Source: Escherichia coli (GTDB lineage Bacteria; Pseudomonadota; Gammaproteobacteria; Enterobacterales; Enterobacteriaceae). Taken from it: 40,000 nucleotides of DNA. Position numbers and translations under genes: made by a program. The notes beneath the pieces are model-generated. The model had not been told where the DNA came from. It did not search any database and was given only the letters and a program-made list of their open reading frames with translations. Every line of letters starts with the position of its first letter. Within the stretch, counting starts at the first letter, position 1. The DNA lies in assembly GCF_002214745.2 (NCBI RefSeq), contig NZ_CP016828.1, one strand, 5' to 3'. Positions 1-10,491 of this stretch are shown here, in pieces.

Positions 1-478
1 TAATGTACTGCCAGCACAGACCGTCGCAGTCTTCTTCCTGCACAGTACCGGTAACCAGCAGGGTATATTCATCTTCCAGACCGAGGTCTTTAATGATTTT
101 ACCGGCATAAACCATAGATGCCATGCCGCCTTCCTGGTCGGAAGTACCGCGACCACCGATTAGCTCATCAGTTTCCATGCCTTCGTACGGATCGAAGTCC
201 CAGTTTTTGATGTTGCCAATGCCGACGGTATCGATATGAGCGTCCATTGCCACCAGACGCGGGCCGTGGCCGATATAACCGAGAACGTTGCCCATCGGGT
301 CGATTTCAACTTTATCGAAGCCGACTTTTTCCATCTCTTCTTTAATACGATGTACTACGCGTTTTTCGTCGCAGCTTTCACTGGGAATAGCAACCATGTC
401 GCGCAGGAAGCGAGTCATGTCCGCCTGGTAATCTTTTGCTTTTTCAAGAATCAGTTTGAATGGAATATTCTTAGCCAT
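1..478 (-). CDS. ygeY: YgeY, putative M20-family peptidase/deacetylase (N-terminal part, truncated by window edge)
   Basis: Reverse strand reads [65 protein letters not shown]...MDAHIDTV, an M20 peptidase metal-site region; adjacent to ygeX/ygeW. Confidence 0.93.
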
Positions 479-535
479 TATTTTTCTCCAGATTTTTTAC
501 TCCCCGTTTTGCAGGGAGTAGTTCCAATAGGGTGA

Positions 536-1732
536 TTAAGGTGCTACAGCGTGTTTGCCTTCCCAGACAACTTCGCGGTAGTGCTTCACGTCGGTGTCGC
601 CTTCAGTGCTGATAACCAGCACCACGGCATCTTTGTTCAGCGCCAGTTTTTCCATCAGGCTTTGACGTTGCGGGTGATAATGAACCGCTGCGAGAACGCC
701 CAAACCGACAGCGCCGGATTCACCGGAGATGATGCGCGGGTCGTTGCCGTACGGATTACCCAGCACGCGCATACCTAATGCGGCAACGCTGTCCTGGCAG
801 GAGATGAATTGGGTGGCGCAGTTACGTAGGATTTCCCAGCCCAGCGGGTTAGGTTCGCCACAGGCCAGGCCCGCCATGATGGTGGCCATATCACCGCCAA
901 CGTTGACGATGTCGCCTTTGACGCCGGAGCGATAAATACAGTCAGCTTTGTCAGGTTCAACAATAATGCTGTGCAGATTTTGCGGGCTGTAGACGTCGAC
1001 CAGATAACCCAGCACACCACCGGCCATTGCTCCGACACCGGCTTGCAGCAGAACGTGCGTCGGGGTTACGCCCATTTCACGCATTTGCTCGACGGCTTCA
1101 TCTGCCAGGGTTGCGTAGCCTTGCATGATCCAGGTTGGGATTTTGGTGTAACCTTCCCATGCCGTGTCCTGTACCACTTCCCAGCCGTGCTGCTGCGCGT
1201 GTTGCATGGTCAGGCGAACGGTATCGTCATAGTTCATATCCGTGACGATGCACTCGGCACCGAGGTTCAGAATGGCGTCAACGCGTTCCTGAGCAGAACC
1301 TTTCGGCATGTAAATCACCGCATTCTGTCCGAGTTGCTGTGCTGCCCACGCCACACCGCGCCCGTGGTTGCCGTCGGTGGTGGTCGCGAAAGTCATTTTT
1401 TCGCCGATGGCATTTTTCAGGTGCTCAAATGACAGCGTTTCGATATCAAGATGATATTTTTCACACAATAATTGAGCGATGGCGTACGCACCGCCAAGCA
1501 TTTTGAAGGCGTTCAGACCGAATCGTTTTGATTCGTCTTTGACGAGAATTTTCTTCACACCAAAAAGGTTTGCGAGATCGTCCAGCGCACAAAGCGGTGT
1601 TGGGCGATAACCAGCTATTTTCTGGTGGAACTGGCGCGCCAGTTTGGCCTGGCTTTGCGAAAAGAGCGGTGATGTTTCGCCGTTGAAAAATTTGTTATCG
1701 GCGATATCAATCTTCAATGAGAAAACGGACAT
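536..1732 (-). CDS. ygeX: 2,3-diaminopropionate ammonia-lyase (PLP-dependent)
   Basis: 398 aa ORF with PLP motif SKRFGLNAFKMLGGAYA and TTDGNHGRGVAWAA; operon context. Confidence 0.96.
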   Translation of the reverse strand: MSVFSLKIDIADNKFFNGETSPLFSQSQAKLARQFHQKIAGYRPTPLCALDDLANLFGVKKILVKDESKRFGLNAFKMLGGAYAIAQLLCEKYHLDIETLSFEHLKNAIGEKMTFATTTDGNHGRGVAWAAQQLGQNAVIYMPKGSAQERVDAILNLGAECIVTDMNYDDTVRLTMQHAQQHGWEVVQDTAWEGYTKIPTWIMQGYATLADEAVEQMREMGVTPTHVLLQAGVGAMAGGVLGYLVDVYSPQNLHSIIVEPDKADCIYRSGVKGDIVNVGGDMATIMAGLACGEPNPLGWEILRNCATQFISCQDSVAALGMRVLGNPYGNDPRIISGESGAVGLGVLAAVHYHPQRQSLMEKLALNKDAVVLVISTEGDTDVKHYREVVWEGKHAVAP

Positions 1733-1789
1733 ATCCTATCCTTTTGGCCTCTGGAAATAGAGGGCCGACCAGCTGATCGGCCCGAGGGG

Positions 1790-2980
1790 TTATTTCACGC
1801 GTTCTTGCGCTTCTTTCAGCAGTTGCTCGAGCAGTGCACCTGGTTTGGCGTATTTACGGGACAGGATCATCGCGGCGATGATATAAGGCTTCCAGCTGGC
1901 TTCTTTGTAGGTTGCGATACGGTATTTTTCGAATACGCCTTCAGTCACTTCACCTTCTTTACAGGATACGCCGCTGATATCAGCTGGCAGGCAGTGCATG
2001 TACAGGGCTTCGCCATCACGGGTCAGTTCCATCATCTCTTCAGTACAATGCCAGTCTTTGTGTTGCGCGTTCTGTGCCAGACACTGTTTTTCCAGTGCTT
2101 TTAAGCCTTCGTGATCGTTAGCGCGCAGCAATTCGGTACGCTGTTCCATCACTTTGTAAGGTGCCCATGACTTCGGATAAACGATGTCTGCATCTTTGAA
2201 CGCTTCTTCCATGCTGGTGACCTGACGGAAGCTACCGCCAGATGCTTTAGCATTGTTTTTCGCCACTTCAACCACATCCGGGATCAGGTCGTAGCCTTCC
2301 GGATGGGCCAGGGTGACATCCATACCGAAGCGAGTCATCAGACCGATGATGCCTTGTGGTACAGAGAGCGGTTTGCCATAGCTTGGAGAGTAGGCCCAGG
2401 TCATGGCGATTTTTTTACCTTTCAGGTTTTCCAGTGAACCAAAGTGTTCACGTAACCACGCGAGGTCAGCCATTGACTGAGTCGGGTGGTCAATATCGCA
2501 TTGCAGGTTCACTAAAGCCGGACGCTGTGGCAGTACACCCTGCTTGTAACCGTCATCAAGTGCAGCGCCAACTTCACGCATATAGGCGTTGCCTGCGCCC
2601 AGATACATATCGTCGCGAATACCAATAGCGTCGGCGCAGAAGGAGATCATATTGGCGGTTTCACGCACGGTTTCGCCGTGAGCGATTTGTGATTTGCCTT
2701 CGTCGAGATCTTGTTGTGCAAGGCCGAGCAGGTTAAGCGCGGAAGCATAAGAGAAGCGGGTACGGGTGGAGTTGTCGCGGAATACGGAAATACCTAATCC
2801 ACTATTAAAGACTTTGGTTGAGATGTTTTCAGCACGCAGTGCTTTTAATGCTGCGGCAACGTCCAGTACTTGTTTCAGTTCATCTGGCGTCTGTTCCCAC
2901 GTTAACAAAAAATCTTTCTCGTGAAGGTGAGAGGTCAGCGAATTGATATCCTTAATCAGCTCATTAACAGTTTTCATCAT
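1790..2980 (-). CDS. ygeW: YgeW, aspartate/ornithine carbamoyltransferase-like protein
   Basis: 396 aa ORF with FRDNSTRTRFSYASA and MHCLPAD motifs typical of the carbamoyltransferase fold. Confidence 0.96.
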   Translation of the reverse strand: MMKTVNELIKDINSLTSHLHEKDFLLTWEQTPDELKQVLDVAAALKALRAENISTKVFNSGLGISVFRDNSTRTRFSYASALNLLGLAQQDLDEGKSQIAHGETVRETANMISFCADAIGIRDDMYLGAGNAYMREVGAALDDGYKQGVLPQRPALVNLQCDIDHPTQSMADLAWLREHFGSLENLKGKKIAMTWAYSPSYGKPLSVPQGIIGLMTRFGMDVTLAHPEGYDLIPDVVEVAKNNAKASGGSFRQVTSMEEAFKDADIVYPKSWAPYKVMEQRTELLRANDHEGLKALEKQCLAQNAQHKDWHCTEEMMELTRDGEALYMHCLPADISGVSCKEGEVTEGVFEKYRIATYKEASWKPYIIAAMILSRKYAKPGALLEQLLKEAQERVK

Positions 2981-3070
2981 AAAGTCCCGGTAGTGGAATG
3001 ACAGGCAAAGTGGTTTATTTCACTGTGACTTGCCAAAGTGATTGGTGTTTTCACAGCTATACCTGGGACT

Positions 3071-3086
3071 AACAATAAGTGTGCCA
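3071..3086 (-). promoter_or_regulatory. Candidate sigma-54 promoter for ygeW operon
   Basis: Reverse strand TGGCACACTTATTGTT, close to consensus TGGCAC-N5-TTGCW (GG-N10-GT instead of GC), about 90 bp upstream of ygeW; the adjacent divergent gene is a sigma-54 activator. Confidence 0.4.
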
Positions 3087-3455
3087 GAATTATCCACGGG
3101 GCTGCAAAAGACTAATTTGACGGATAATGTGTGGGGTTGATCACAAATTGATGCCAGCTTCCGGTTGTTTGTAAAATACGAAAACGTTTGGCTTTTTTTA
3201 TCGCGTTATTTATTTGCTGCTAAGTATCAGAAATAAGATAAAGGGGCAGGCTATCTCTCTTCAGTTTGATAAACTCACCGCCGTAATTCTCATATTGATA
3301 TAGAAATGTGATATCTCTTCCATAATTTCATTAGAAAATGATAAAAATCTTATGTTTTTATCAAAGCCAATTTCGCCTGAGTTAATATCATCATGATCTG
3401 TGAACCATCAACGTCTTCAATGATCGACTTTTAAGTAAGTCTGGAAGGTAAAGCT

Positions 3456-5234
3456 ATGGAGCTTGCTACTACGCAGTCAGTATTGATGCAAATTCAACCG
3501 ACAATTCAGCGTTTTGCCAGAATGCTTGCCAGCGTTTTGCAGCTTGAGGTTGAGATCGTTGATGAAAACTTGTGTCGCGTCGCCGGAACGGGCGCGTATG
3601 GGAAGTTTCTTGGTCGCCAGTTGAGCGGCAACTCACGCCTGCTCCGCCACGTCCTGGAAACGAAAACTGAAAAAGTTGTGACACAGTCTCGCTTCGATCC
3701 CCTTTGCGAAGGTTGCGATAGTAAAGAAAATTGCCGTGAAAAAGCATTTCTGGGTACGCCTGTCATTTTACAGGATCGTTGTGTTGGGGTGATAAGTTTG
3801 ATTGCCGTTACCCACGAGCAACAAGAGCATATCAGTGATAATTTACGCGAATTTTCTGATTATGTTCGCCATATATCCACCATTTTTGTTTCGAAACTTC
3901 TGGAGGATCAGGGGCCAGGAGATAACATCAGTAAAATATTCGCGACCATGATCGATAATATGGATCAGGGCGTATTAGTTGTTGATGATGAAAGTCGGGT
4001 TCAGTTTGTTAATCAGACTGCCTTAAAAACACTTGGTGTTGTACAAAATAATATTATTGGGAAACCTATCCGTTTCAGACCATTAACATTTGAGAGTAAT
4101 TTTACTCATGGACATATGCAGCATATTGTTTCGTGGGACGATAAAAGTGAATTAATCATTGGTCAATTGCATAACATTCAGGGCCGACAATTATTTTTAA
4201 TGGCATTTCACCAATCGCATACCAGTTTTTCTGTAGCAAATGCACCTGATGAACCACATATTGAACAATTGGTTGGCGAGTGCCGTGTTATGCGGCAATT
4301 AAAACGACTCATTAGCCGTATTGCACCCAGCCCATCCAGCGTTATGGTGGTTGGTGAAAGCGGCACGGGTAAAGAAGTCGTCGCCCGAGCAATCCATAAG
4401 TTGAGCGGAAGACGGAATAAACCCTTTATTGCTATCAACTGTGCCGCGATTCCGGAGCAGCTTCTGGAAAGCGAACTGTTCGGTTATGTTAAAGGCGCAT
4501 TTACTGGCGCTTCTGCCAACGGTAAAACAGGGTTGATTCAGGCGGCGAATACGGGCACGCTGTTTCTCGATGAAATAGGTGATATGCCATTAATGTTGCA
4601 GGCTAAATTACTGCGCGCTATTGAGGCGCGTGAAATTCTGCCGATTGGTGCCAGTAGCCCAATACAAGTCGACATTCGCATCATTTCTGCAACTAATCAG
4701 AATTTGGCCCAGTTCATTGCCGAAGGTAAATTCCGCGAAGATCTCTTCTACCGACTTAATGTTATCCCGATAACTCTGCCACCGCTGCGTGAACGTCAGG
4801 AAGATATTGAACTATTGGTGCATTACTTTTTACATCTGCATACCCGTCGTCTGGGATCGGTTTATCCTGGCATTGCTCCCGATGTCGTCGAAATATTGCG
4901 TAAGCATCGTTGGCCCGGAAACCTGCGCGAGTTAAGCAATTTGATGGAATATCTGGTTAACGTAGTTCCTTCAGGTGAAGTTATCGACAGCACGCTATTG
5001 CCGCCAAATCTGCTGAATAATGGCACAACGGAGCAAAGTGATGTAACAGAGGTCAGTGAGGCGCACCTGTCACTCGATGATGCGGGCGGCACGGCGCTGG
5101 AGGAGATGGAAAAGCAAATGATCCGCGAGGCGCTTTCACGTCATAACAGCAAGAAGCAAGTTGCTGATGAACTGGGCATCGGCATTGCTACGCTCTATCG
5201 CAAGATTAAGAAATATGAGTTGTTAAACACATAA
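3456..5234 (+). CDS. ygeV: YgeV, sigma-54-dependent transcriptional activator
   Basis: 592 aa with Walker A GESGTGKE, GAFTGA motif, C-terminal Fis-type HTH (SKKQVADELGIGIATLYRKIKKY). Confidence 0.95.
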   Translation: MELATTQSVLMQIQPTIQRFARMLASVLQLEVEIVDENLCRVAGTGAYGKFLGRQLSGNSRLLRHVLETKTEKVVTQSRFDPLCEGCDSKENCREKAFLGTPVILQDRCVGVISLIAVTHEQQEHISDNLREFSDYVRHISTIFVSKLLEDQGPGDNISKIFATMIDNMDQGVLVVDDESRVQFVNQTALKTLGVVQNNIIGKPIRFRPLTFESNFTHGHMQHIVSWDDKSELIIGQLHNIQGRQLFLMAFHQSHTSFSVANAPDEPHIEQLVGECRVMRQLKRLISRIAPSPSSVMVVGESGTGKEVVARAIHKLSGRRNKPFIAINCAAIPEQLLESELFGYVKGAFTGASANGKTGLIQAANTGTLFLDEIGDMPLMLQAKLLRAIEAREILPIGASSPIQVDIRIISATNQNLAQFIAEGKFREDLFYRLNVIPITLPPLRERQEDIELLVHYFLHLHTRRLGSVYPGIAPDVVEILRKHRWPGNLRELSNLMEYLVNVVPSGEVIDSTLLPPNLLNNGTTEQSDVTEVSEAHLSLDDAGGTALEEMEKQMIREALSRHNSKKQVADELGIGIATLYRKIKKYELLNT

Positions 5235-5243
5235 CCTCAGTGA

Positions 5244-5270
5244 ATCCGGCCTGAATTCAGGCCGGATATC
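5244..5270. terminator. Bidirectional terminator between convergent ygeV and xdhC
   Basis: Perfect palindrome ATCCGGCCTGAATTCAGGCCGGAT between convergent ORFs, followed by a short T-rich tract. Confidence 0.7.
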
Positions 5271-5273
5271 CTT

Positions 5274-5753
5274 TTACTTCGTTTTCTCGCAATCCTGAAC
5301 TGTATTTACAATCATCTGATACCCCGTGCAGCGACAAAGATTTCCCGCCAGTCCGCGACGAATTTCCGTAATGGTTAATGGCTTCTCGCGTGGTTTCGCC
5401 AGCATTGCCGTGGTAGCCATAATCAGGCCAGGCGTACAAAACCCGCACTGCACTGCGCCGGATTTCGCATAAGCCTGCTGAACATGAGAAAGTTTTCCGC
5501 CTTTCGCTTCACCTTCCAGCGTGCGGATCTCTTTTCCTTCAGCCCAGGCGGCAAGGTATAAGCAACTGTCTATTGCTGTGCCGTCGACCAACACCGTACA
5601 GGCACCACATTCACCCACGCAGCACCCTTGTTTGACACTTAGCAGTCCTTGTTCGCGGAGTAATTCCGAGAGCGGCGTGCCTGGTGCGGCGTGAAGCTGA
5701 AAAGGCATCCCGTTAATGGTGCATTCGATGGTAATTGTTTCGCTGTGATTCAT
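5274..5753 (-). CDS. xdhC: Xanthine dehydrogenase-type 2Fe-2S subunit
   Basis: 159 aa with [15 protein letters not shown] and CGFCTPG...[13 protein letters not shown] motifs. Confidence 0.96.
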   Translation of the reverse strand: MNHSETITIECTINGMPFQLHAAPGTPLSELLREQGLLSVKQGCCVGECGACTVLVDGTAIDSCLYLAAWAEGKEIRTLEGEAKGGKLSHVQQAYAKSGAVQCGFCTPGLIMATTAMLAKPREKPLTITEIRRGLAGNLCRCTGYQMIVNTVQDCEKTK

Positions 5754-6628
5754 TGCAATTTTCCCCCCGCCGCGGCGACGGCTTCGCTAATCACTTTTTT
5801 GGTCATCGTCTGGATGAGATGCAGACGAAACTCTTTACTGGCCCGCCATGAAGAACGCGGGGCGACATCTTGCAGGACAGATTCGCTGATAGCTTCCAGC
5901 GTTTGCAGGTTTAATGGCGCATTTTGTGCAGTCTGTTCGGCATGTTGGCAGCGAATCGGCGTTGGCGCGGCAACACCAAATGCCAGGCGTAATTCGCTGA
6001 AATTGCCGTTATCCAGTCGGCAATGTGCGGCGCAGCCAATCGTTGAAATATCCATCGCGTCGCGCATGGCATATTTAAAATGCGCGCTGCCCGCGTGTTC
6101 TTTCGGCTGTGGCGGAAAATGAAAGGCGACGAGGATTTCGTCATGCTCAAGAGACACTTTGCCCGGCCCGGTGTGAAAGCCATTAATCGGGACGAAACGA
6201 ACACCGCGCGGGGAGTGGATCTCCAGTTTCGCGTCATAAATTAGCGTTGGCGTGGCAGAATCTGCGCTGGTGGCACCGTTGCAAATATTTCCACCGTAGG
6301 TAGCGACGTTACGGATCTGCGGTCCAGCAATGGACGTGGCCGCAGCACATAACGCCGGGAGATGACGTTGAGTTATAGGATCTTCTATTAGCTGGGTAAA
6401 TGTCGTTGCAGAGCCGATACGTAGCGAGCCATCTTCCGCCAGCGTAATTCCCCGCAGCTCCGCCAGATTATGAATATCAACAATATGGCGATAACGGTCA
6501 TTGTGATGGTGGAGCTGAATCAGTACGTCAGTGCCACCGGCGAGCAGTTTGGCCTGCGGGTTGTCAGCCAGCAGGTTGATGGCATCGGCAAGGGTTGCTG
6601 CGCGATGGTAAGAAGCAAAATCAAACAT
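5750..6628 (-). CDS. xdhB: Xanthine dehydrogenase-type FAD-binding subunit
   Basis: 292 aa with [11 protein letters not shown] and [14 protein letters not shown] motifs. Confidence 0.96.
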   Translation of the reverse strand: MFDFASYHRAATLADAINLLADNPQAKLLAGGTDVLIQLHHHNDRYRHIVDIHNLAELRGITLAEDGSLRIGSATTFTQLIEDPITQRHLPALCAAATSIAGPQIRNVATYGGNICNGATSADSATPTLIYDAKLEIHSPRGVRFVPINGFHTGPGKVSLEHDEILVAFHFPPQPKEHAGSAHFKYAMRDAMDISTIGCAAHCRLDNGNFSELRLAFGVAAPTPIRCQHAEQTAQNAPLNLQTLEAISESVLQDVAPRSSWRASKEFRLHLIQTMTKKVISEAVAAAGGKLQ

Positions 6629-6638
6629 GATGTTATCC

Positions 6639-8897
6639 TCAAATCAATCCTGCCAGATGGAACTCTTCATATAACCGTTTTGGCGTCAGCGGCAGTGTAT
6701 TGATTGCAACACCGGTAGCCATCTTCACCGCGTTACGAATAGCAGCGGCAACAGGAATTATTGGTGGCTCACCCAGTGACTTATGTCCGTATGCGGATTG
6801 CGGCTCATTGATTTCGACGAACGCGCTTTCCAGTTGTGGCAGATCCGGCATGGTCGGCATTTTGTAATCCAGCAGATTGGGGTTACGGACCACGCCGCTT
6901 TTAGCATCGATGATCATCTCTTCAAATAGCGCCCAGCCAATGCCCATTCCCATTCCGCCGTGTACCTGACCTTCTGCCAGCAGTGGATTAAGAATATGCC
7001 CTGAATCATGAACGTTGAGGATGCGGTTGATGGTGACTTTGCACAGCGCAATATCGACCGTCAGATCAACAAAGGTACAGCCAAACGCCGGTGGGTTAGT
7101 GGTGGTTTTGATGGAGCTTTCAGCAGAGAGCTGCCCGCCGCGTTCAGGGTGGTAGAAAGCGTCCATCGCCAAATCTTTTAACGACATTAACGGCTCTTCC
7201 GGTCGTTCAACCAGCACGATATGGCCTTTTATCAGGGTCAGATTCATCGCTGACTGATGTAGCATGACTGCGGCGTGAGCGATGATTTTCTCTTTTAATA
7301 ATAGTGCCGCACTGCGCAGCGCAGGCGCGGCAACATAGCTCTGGCGTGAGGCAAATGCGCCGGGATCGAACGGCGTAACGTCGGTATCTTGAGTTGAAAT
7401 AACGCGAACGTCGCTGACCGGAACCCCCACGGTTTCTGCCACCATTTGCGAGAAGACGGTGTCGGCACCCTGACCGATTTCCGTCGCGCCGCTTTGCACG
7501 TTGATGGTTCCATCCTGATTCATCAGAAGGCGCGCGCCTGCTATTTCTACGCCGACAGGCCAGGTGTTAGAGGTGTAGCTAAAACAGGCGACGCCAACGC
7601 CGCGGCGCAAATTGCCTTGCTGGTTCTGGCATTCTGCACGGCGTTTTTCCCATTCAAAGATTTTCCGGCCTTTTTCAAGACACTCCGGCAACCCTGCGCT
7701 GTAAATACGTTTGCCCGTGAGCGGATTAGCATCTCCTTCGCGGGCGGCGTTGCGTAAACGAATTTCAACAGGATCAATACCTAACGCTGTCGCGGCGTCA
7801 TCAAGCATAGACTCAACGGCAAATACGACTTGTGGCGCGCCATAACCACGCATCGCACCAGCCGAGGGGAGGTTGGTATAGCAGGTCTTTGAACTGTAAG
7901 CGTAGGCACAACGAGGATAAAGGTAAGCGACTTTATTCCCCCCCGCAGAAGCGATGGAGTGCCCGTGAGATGCATAAGCGCCGGTGTTAGACAGAACATC
8001 CAGACTATAACCTTTCAATGTTCCGTCGCGGTTCACGCCCATTTGCCCGTCAATGGTAAAAGCGTGGCGGGTACGGGTTGCGAGGAAACACTCTTCACGG
8101 CTAAGGGAAACTTTCACCGGAATGCCGCCAAGCTTGCTGGTCAGGAATGCCGCCATTGGCTCTTCCAGTACATCCTGTTTATTACCAAAACCGCCACCGA
8201 CAAACGGTTTGATGACTCGTACGCATGACCAGGGAATATCCAGCGCCTGACCAACCACGCGGCGAACAATGTGCGGGATCTGGGTGCTGGAAACGATGGT
8301 AATTCGCGAGTCATCCTCCATCCACGCCAGCGATGTTACGCTTTCCATGTGACAATGTTGAATAACGGGGGTCTGATAGTGCCCCTGTACCTGGTAGTCG
8401 GCGGCATCGATTGTTTGTTGGACATTACCCGTCGACATCGTGCTTTGTTTCAGTAAATTGCCACCGTTATGGATTGGTGCAGCGTCTTCTGCCAGCGCCG
8501 CTTCTGGCGTGGTGATAACGGGTAATTCTTGCCACTCAATGCTGACCAATTGCGCCGCTTTTTCTGCCGTGAGTTCATCGCGGGCCACGACGATGGCAAC
8601 GGCGTCACCATGATGACGAACATGGCGAGTTAGCAGTGCGCGATCGGCGGTATCGCGCTTGTTTTCGTCAAGTGTCCAGGCATGCCCAGCAGTAGCAAAT
8701 GGAATATCAGGCACATCTTCCCAGGTAAAAATCGCCAGTACGCCCGGCAAACTTCTGGCTTGTTCATCATTAATACTTACGGCATAACCATGTGCGATAG
8801 GGCTACGTACATATTTCGCATAACACATGCCCGCCATAACATAATCGTCAGTATATCGTGCCCGCCCGGTGACCTTAGCAATGGCATCGACGCGCAT
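6639..8897 (-). CDS. xdhA: Xanthine dehydrogenase-type molybdenum-binding subunit
   Basis: Molybdopterin-binding aldehyde/xanthine oxidase family; the track ORF reaches 8936 but the MRVDAIAKVTGRARYTDD start gives 752 aa. Confidence 0.94.
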   Translation of the reverse strand: MRVDAIAKVTGRARYTDDYVMAGMCYAKYVRSPIAHGYAVSINDEQARSLPGVLAIFTWEDVPDIPFATAGHAWTLDENKRDTADRALLTRHVRHHGDAVAIVVARDELTAEKAAQLVSIEWQELPVITTPEAALAEDAAPIHNGGNLLKQSTMSTGNVQQTIDAADYQVQGHYQTPVIQHCHMESVTSLAWMEDDSRITIVSSTQIPHIVRRVVGQALDIPWSCVRVIKPFVGGGFGNKQDVLEEPMAAFLTSKLGGIPVKVSLSREECFLATRTRHAFTIDGQMGVNRDGTLKGYSLDVLSNTGAYASHGHSIASAGGNKVAYLYPRCAYAYSSKTCYTNLPSAGAMRGYGAPQVVFAVESMLDDAATALGIDPVEIRLRNAAREGDANPLTGKRIYSAGLPECLEKGRKIFEWEKRRAECQNQQGNLRRGVGVACFSYTSNTWPVGVEIAGARLLMNQDGTINVQSGATEIGQGADTVFSQMVAETVGVPVSDVRVISTQDTDVTPFDPGAFASRQSYVAAPALRSAALLLKEKIIAHAAVMLHQSAMNLTLIKGHIVLVERPEEPLMSLKDLAMDAFYHPERGGQLSAESSIKTTTNPPAFGCTFVDLTVDIALCKVTINRILNVHDSGHILNPLLAEGQVHGGMGMGIGWALFEEMIIDAKSGVVRNPNLLDYKMPTMPDLPQLESAFVEINEPQSAYGHKSLGEPPIIPVAAAIRNAVKMATGVAINTLPLTPKRLYEEFHLAGLI

Positions 8898-9350
8898 GCA
8901 TGATTCACCCGTAGCGGTTGCTTCCCGCGCTTCCATAGAAATCCCCTCGATTTGAACATTTGGTTCTTATGGCAAAGATTTAGTCTAAGCAGGCAAGATT
9001 TACGCCAGAAACGACGATAAGCGTTAGGGGAGGTAGGAAGTGTGATGACGTTAAAAAAACACAGATATGATACGAAACAGGACTCTGAATAGGGGCAGTG
9101 ATACGTATCAATATGAGTGGCGATAAAATCAATGTGATAAATTGGGATTATTACGCATCAGGATGGGAAATAGGGTAAAAAGTCAGGAAGTTCGATACCT
9201 CTACAGCGAATATTTTGCTGATGATACTTCCCTTTGCCAAATGAAATTAACCTCTTTCTCTATTACCACGTTTTTCCAGAAGCAAGAGATTGGGTATCAA
9301 GAGGCTGGCTGCTATGATAAGGCGTCTTGTTTTTTAAGCGAGGAAAGATT

Positions 9351-10106
9351 TTGAGTGCGGGACGCCTGAATAAAAAATCTCTGGGTATCGTGATGTTGTT
9401 ATCGGTTGGACTGCTTTTGGCGGGCTGTTCGGGTAGCAAATCATCCGATACAGGAACGTATTCCGGCTCCGTTTACACCGTGAAACGGGGGGATACGCTA
9501 TATCGTATTTCGCGCACCACGGGAACCAGCGTAAAAGAACTGGCGCGACTGAACGGCATTTCCCCCCCTTACACCATTGAAGTTGGTCAGAAACTAAAAC
9601 TGGGTGGGGCGAAAAGTAGCAGTAGTACACGTAAATCAACCGCCAAATCAACGACCAAAACCGCATCGGTTACACCGTCATCAGCGGTACCGAAATCTTC
9701 CTGGCCGCCAGTAGGGCAACGTTGTTGGTTATGGCCAACGACAGGGAAAGTTATCATGCCGTATTCGACAGCAGATGGCGGCAATAAAGGGATTGATATC
9801 TCAGCTCCACGGGGTACACCTATTTACGCCGCGGGTGCAGGAAAGGTGGTGTATGTGGGCAACCAGCTGCGTGGCTACGGTAATCTCATCATGATTAAAC
9901 ACAGTGAAGATTACATTACGGCTTACGCCCATAATGACACGATGCTGGTAAATAATGGGCAAAGCGTGAAGGCTGGGCAAAAAATCGCCACTATGGGGAG
10001 CACGGATGCGGCATCTGTTCGCCTGCATTTCCAGATTCGTTACCGTGCAACGGCAATTGATCCGCTACGTTACTTGCCGCCGCAGGGCAGCAAGCCAAAA
10101 TGCTGA
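9351..10106 (+). CDS. ygeR: Lipoprotein with LysM and M23/LytM domain, amidase activator (YgeR/ActS)
   Basis: TTG start giving MSAGRLNKKSLGIVMLLSVGLLLAGCSG (lipobox), LysM VYTVKRGDTLYRISRTTGTSVKELARLN, C-terminal degenerate peptidase M23; 251 aa. Confidence 0.94.
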   Translation: MSAGRLNKKSLGIVMLLSVGLLLAGCSGSKSSDTGTYSGSVYTVKRGDTLYRISRTTGTSVKELARLNGISPPYTIEVGQKLKLGGAKSSSSTRKSTAKSTTKTASVTPSSAVPKSSWPPVGQRCWLWPTTGKVIMPYSTADGGNKGIDISAPRGTPIYAAGAGKVVYVGNQLRGYGNLIMIKHSEDYITAYAHNDTMLVNNGQSVKAGQKIATMGSTDAASVRLHFQIRYRATAIDPLRYLPPQGSKPKC

Positions 10107-10184
10107 TGGCGAATTAATCAGCAGTCAGCAGCGCGGCACTTGCTAAGGAGAGCGTAAGGTTTATAATGCCTTACGCATCTCGAA

Positions 10185-10258
10185 GCGGGCGTAGTTCAAT
10201 GGTAGAACGAGAGCTTCCCAAGCTCTATACGAGGGTTCGATTCCCTTCGCCCGCTCCA
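10185..10258 (+). tRNA. glyU: tRNA-Gly (anticodon CCC)
   Basis: 74-nt cloverleaf GCGGGCG...AGAGCTTCCCAAGCTCT...GGTTCGATTCCC...CGCCCGCTCCA with encoded CCA. Confidence 0.97.
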
Positions 10259-10491
10259 ATTTATCTTCACCTGATCAATCTGCCATTTTTGCTGTATCTG
10301 ATTTTCTATATTATCTTAATTCAATCGCTTCAGACTTTTCGCAATCGCCGTAATACTTCCCCATTTTGTTGTAAATAAAAAGCGTTTACGCAATGCAATC
10401 CTTTTGTAACAACCCAGGTAAAACACCTTATTTTCGAGTTGTTAAATAAGTGGTTATCTACGCTTTTAACAAACGATTGATGGAATATTTT

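Noticed and set aside
551-8903. Numerous ORFs antisense to ygeX, ygeW, ygeV and xdhABC
   Set aside because: All lie inside well-supported genes on the other strand, low plausibility as proteins.
9142-9354. 70-aa ORF upstream of ygeR
   Set aside because: No convincing features, overlaps the ygeR start region; more likely leader or intergenic sequence.
10166-10378. 70-aa ORF overlapping tRNA-Gly
   Set aside because: It runs through the glyU tRNA gene and has no recognisable protein features; spurious.
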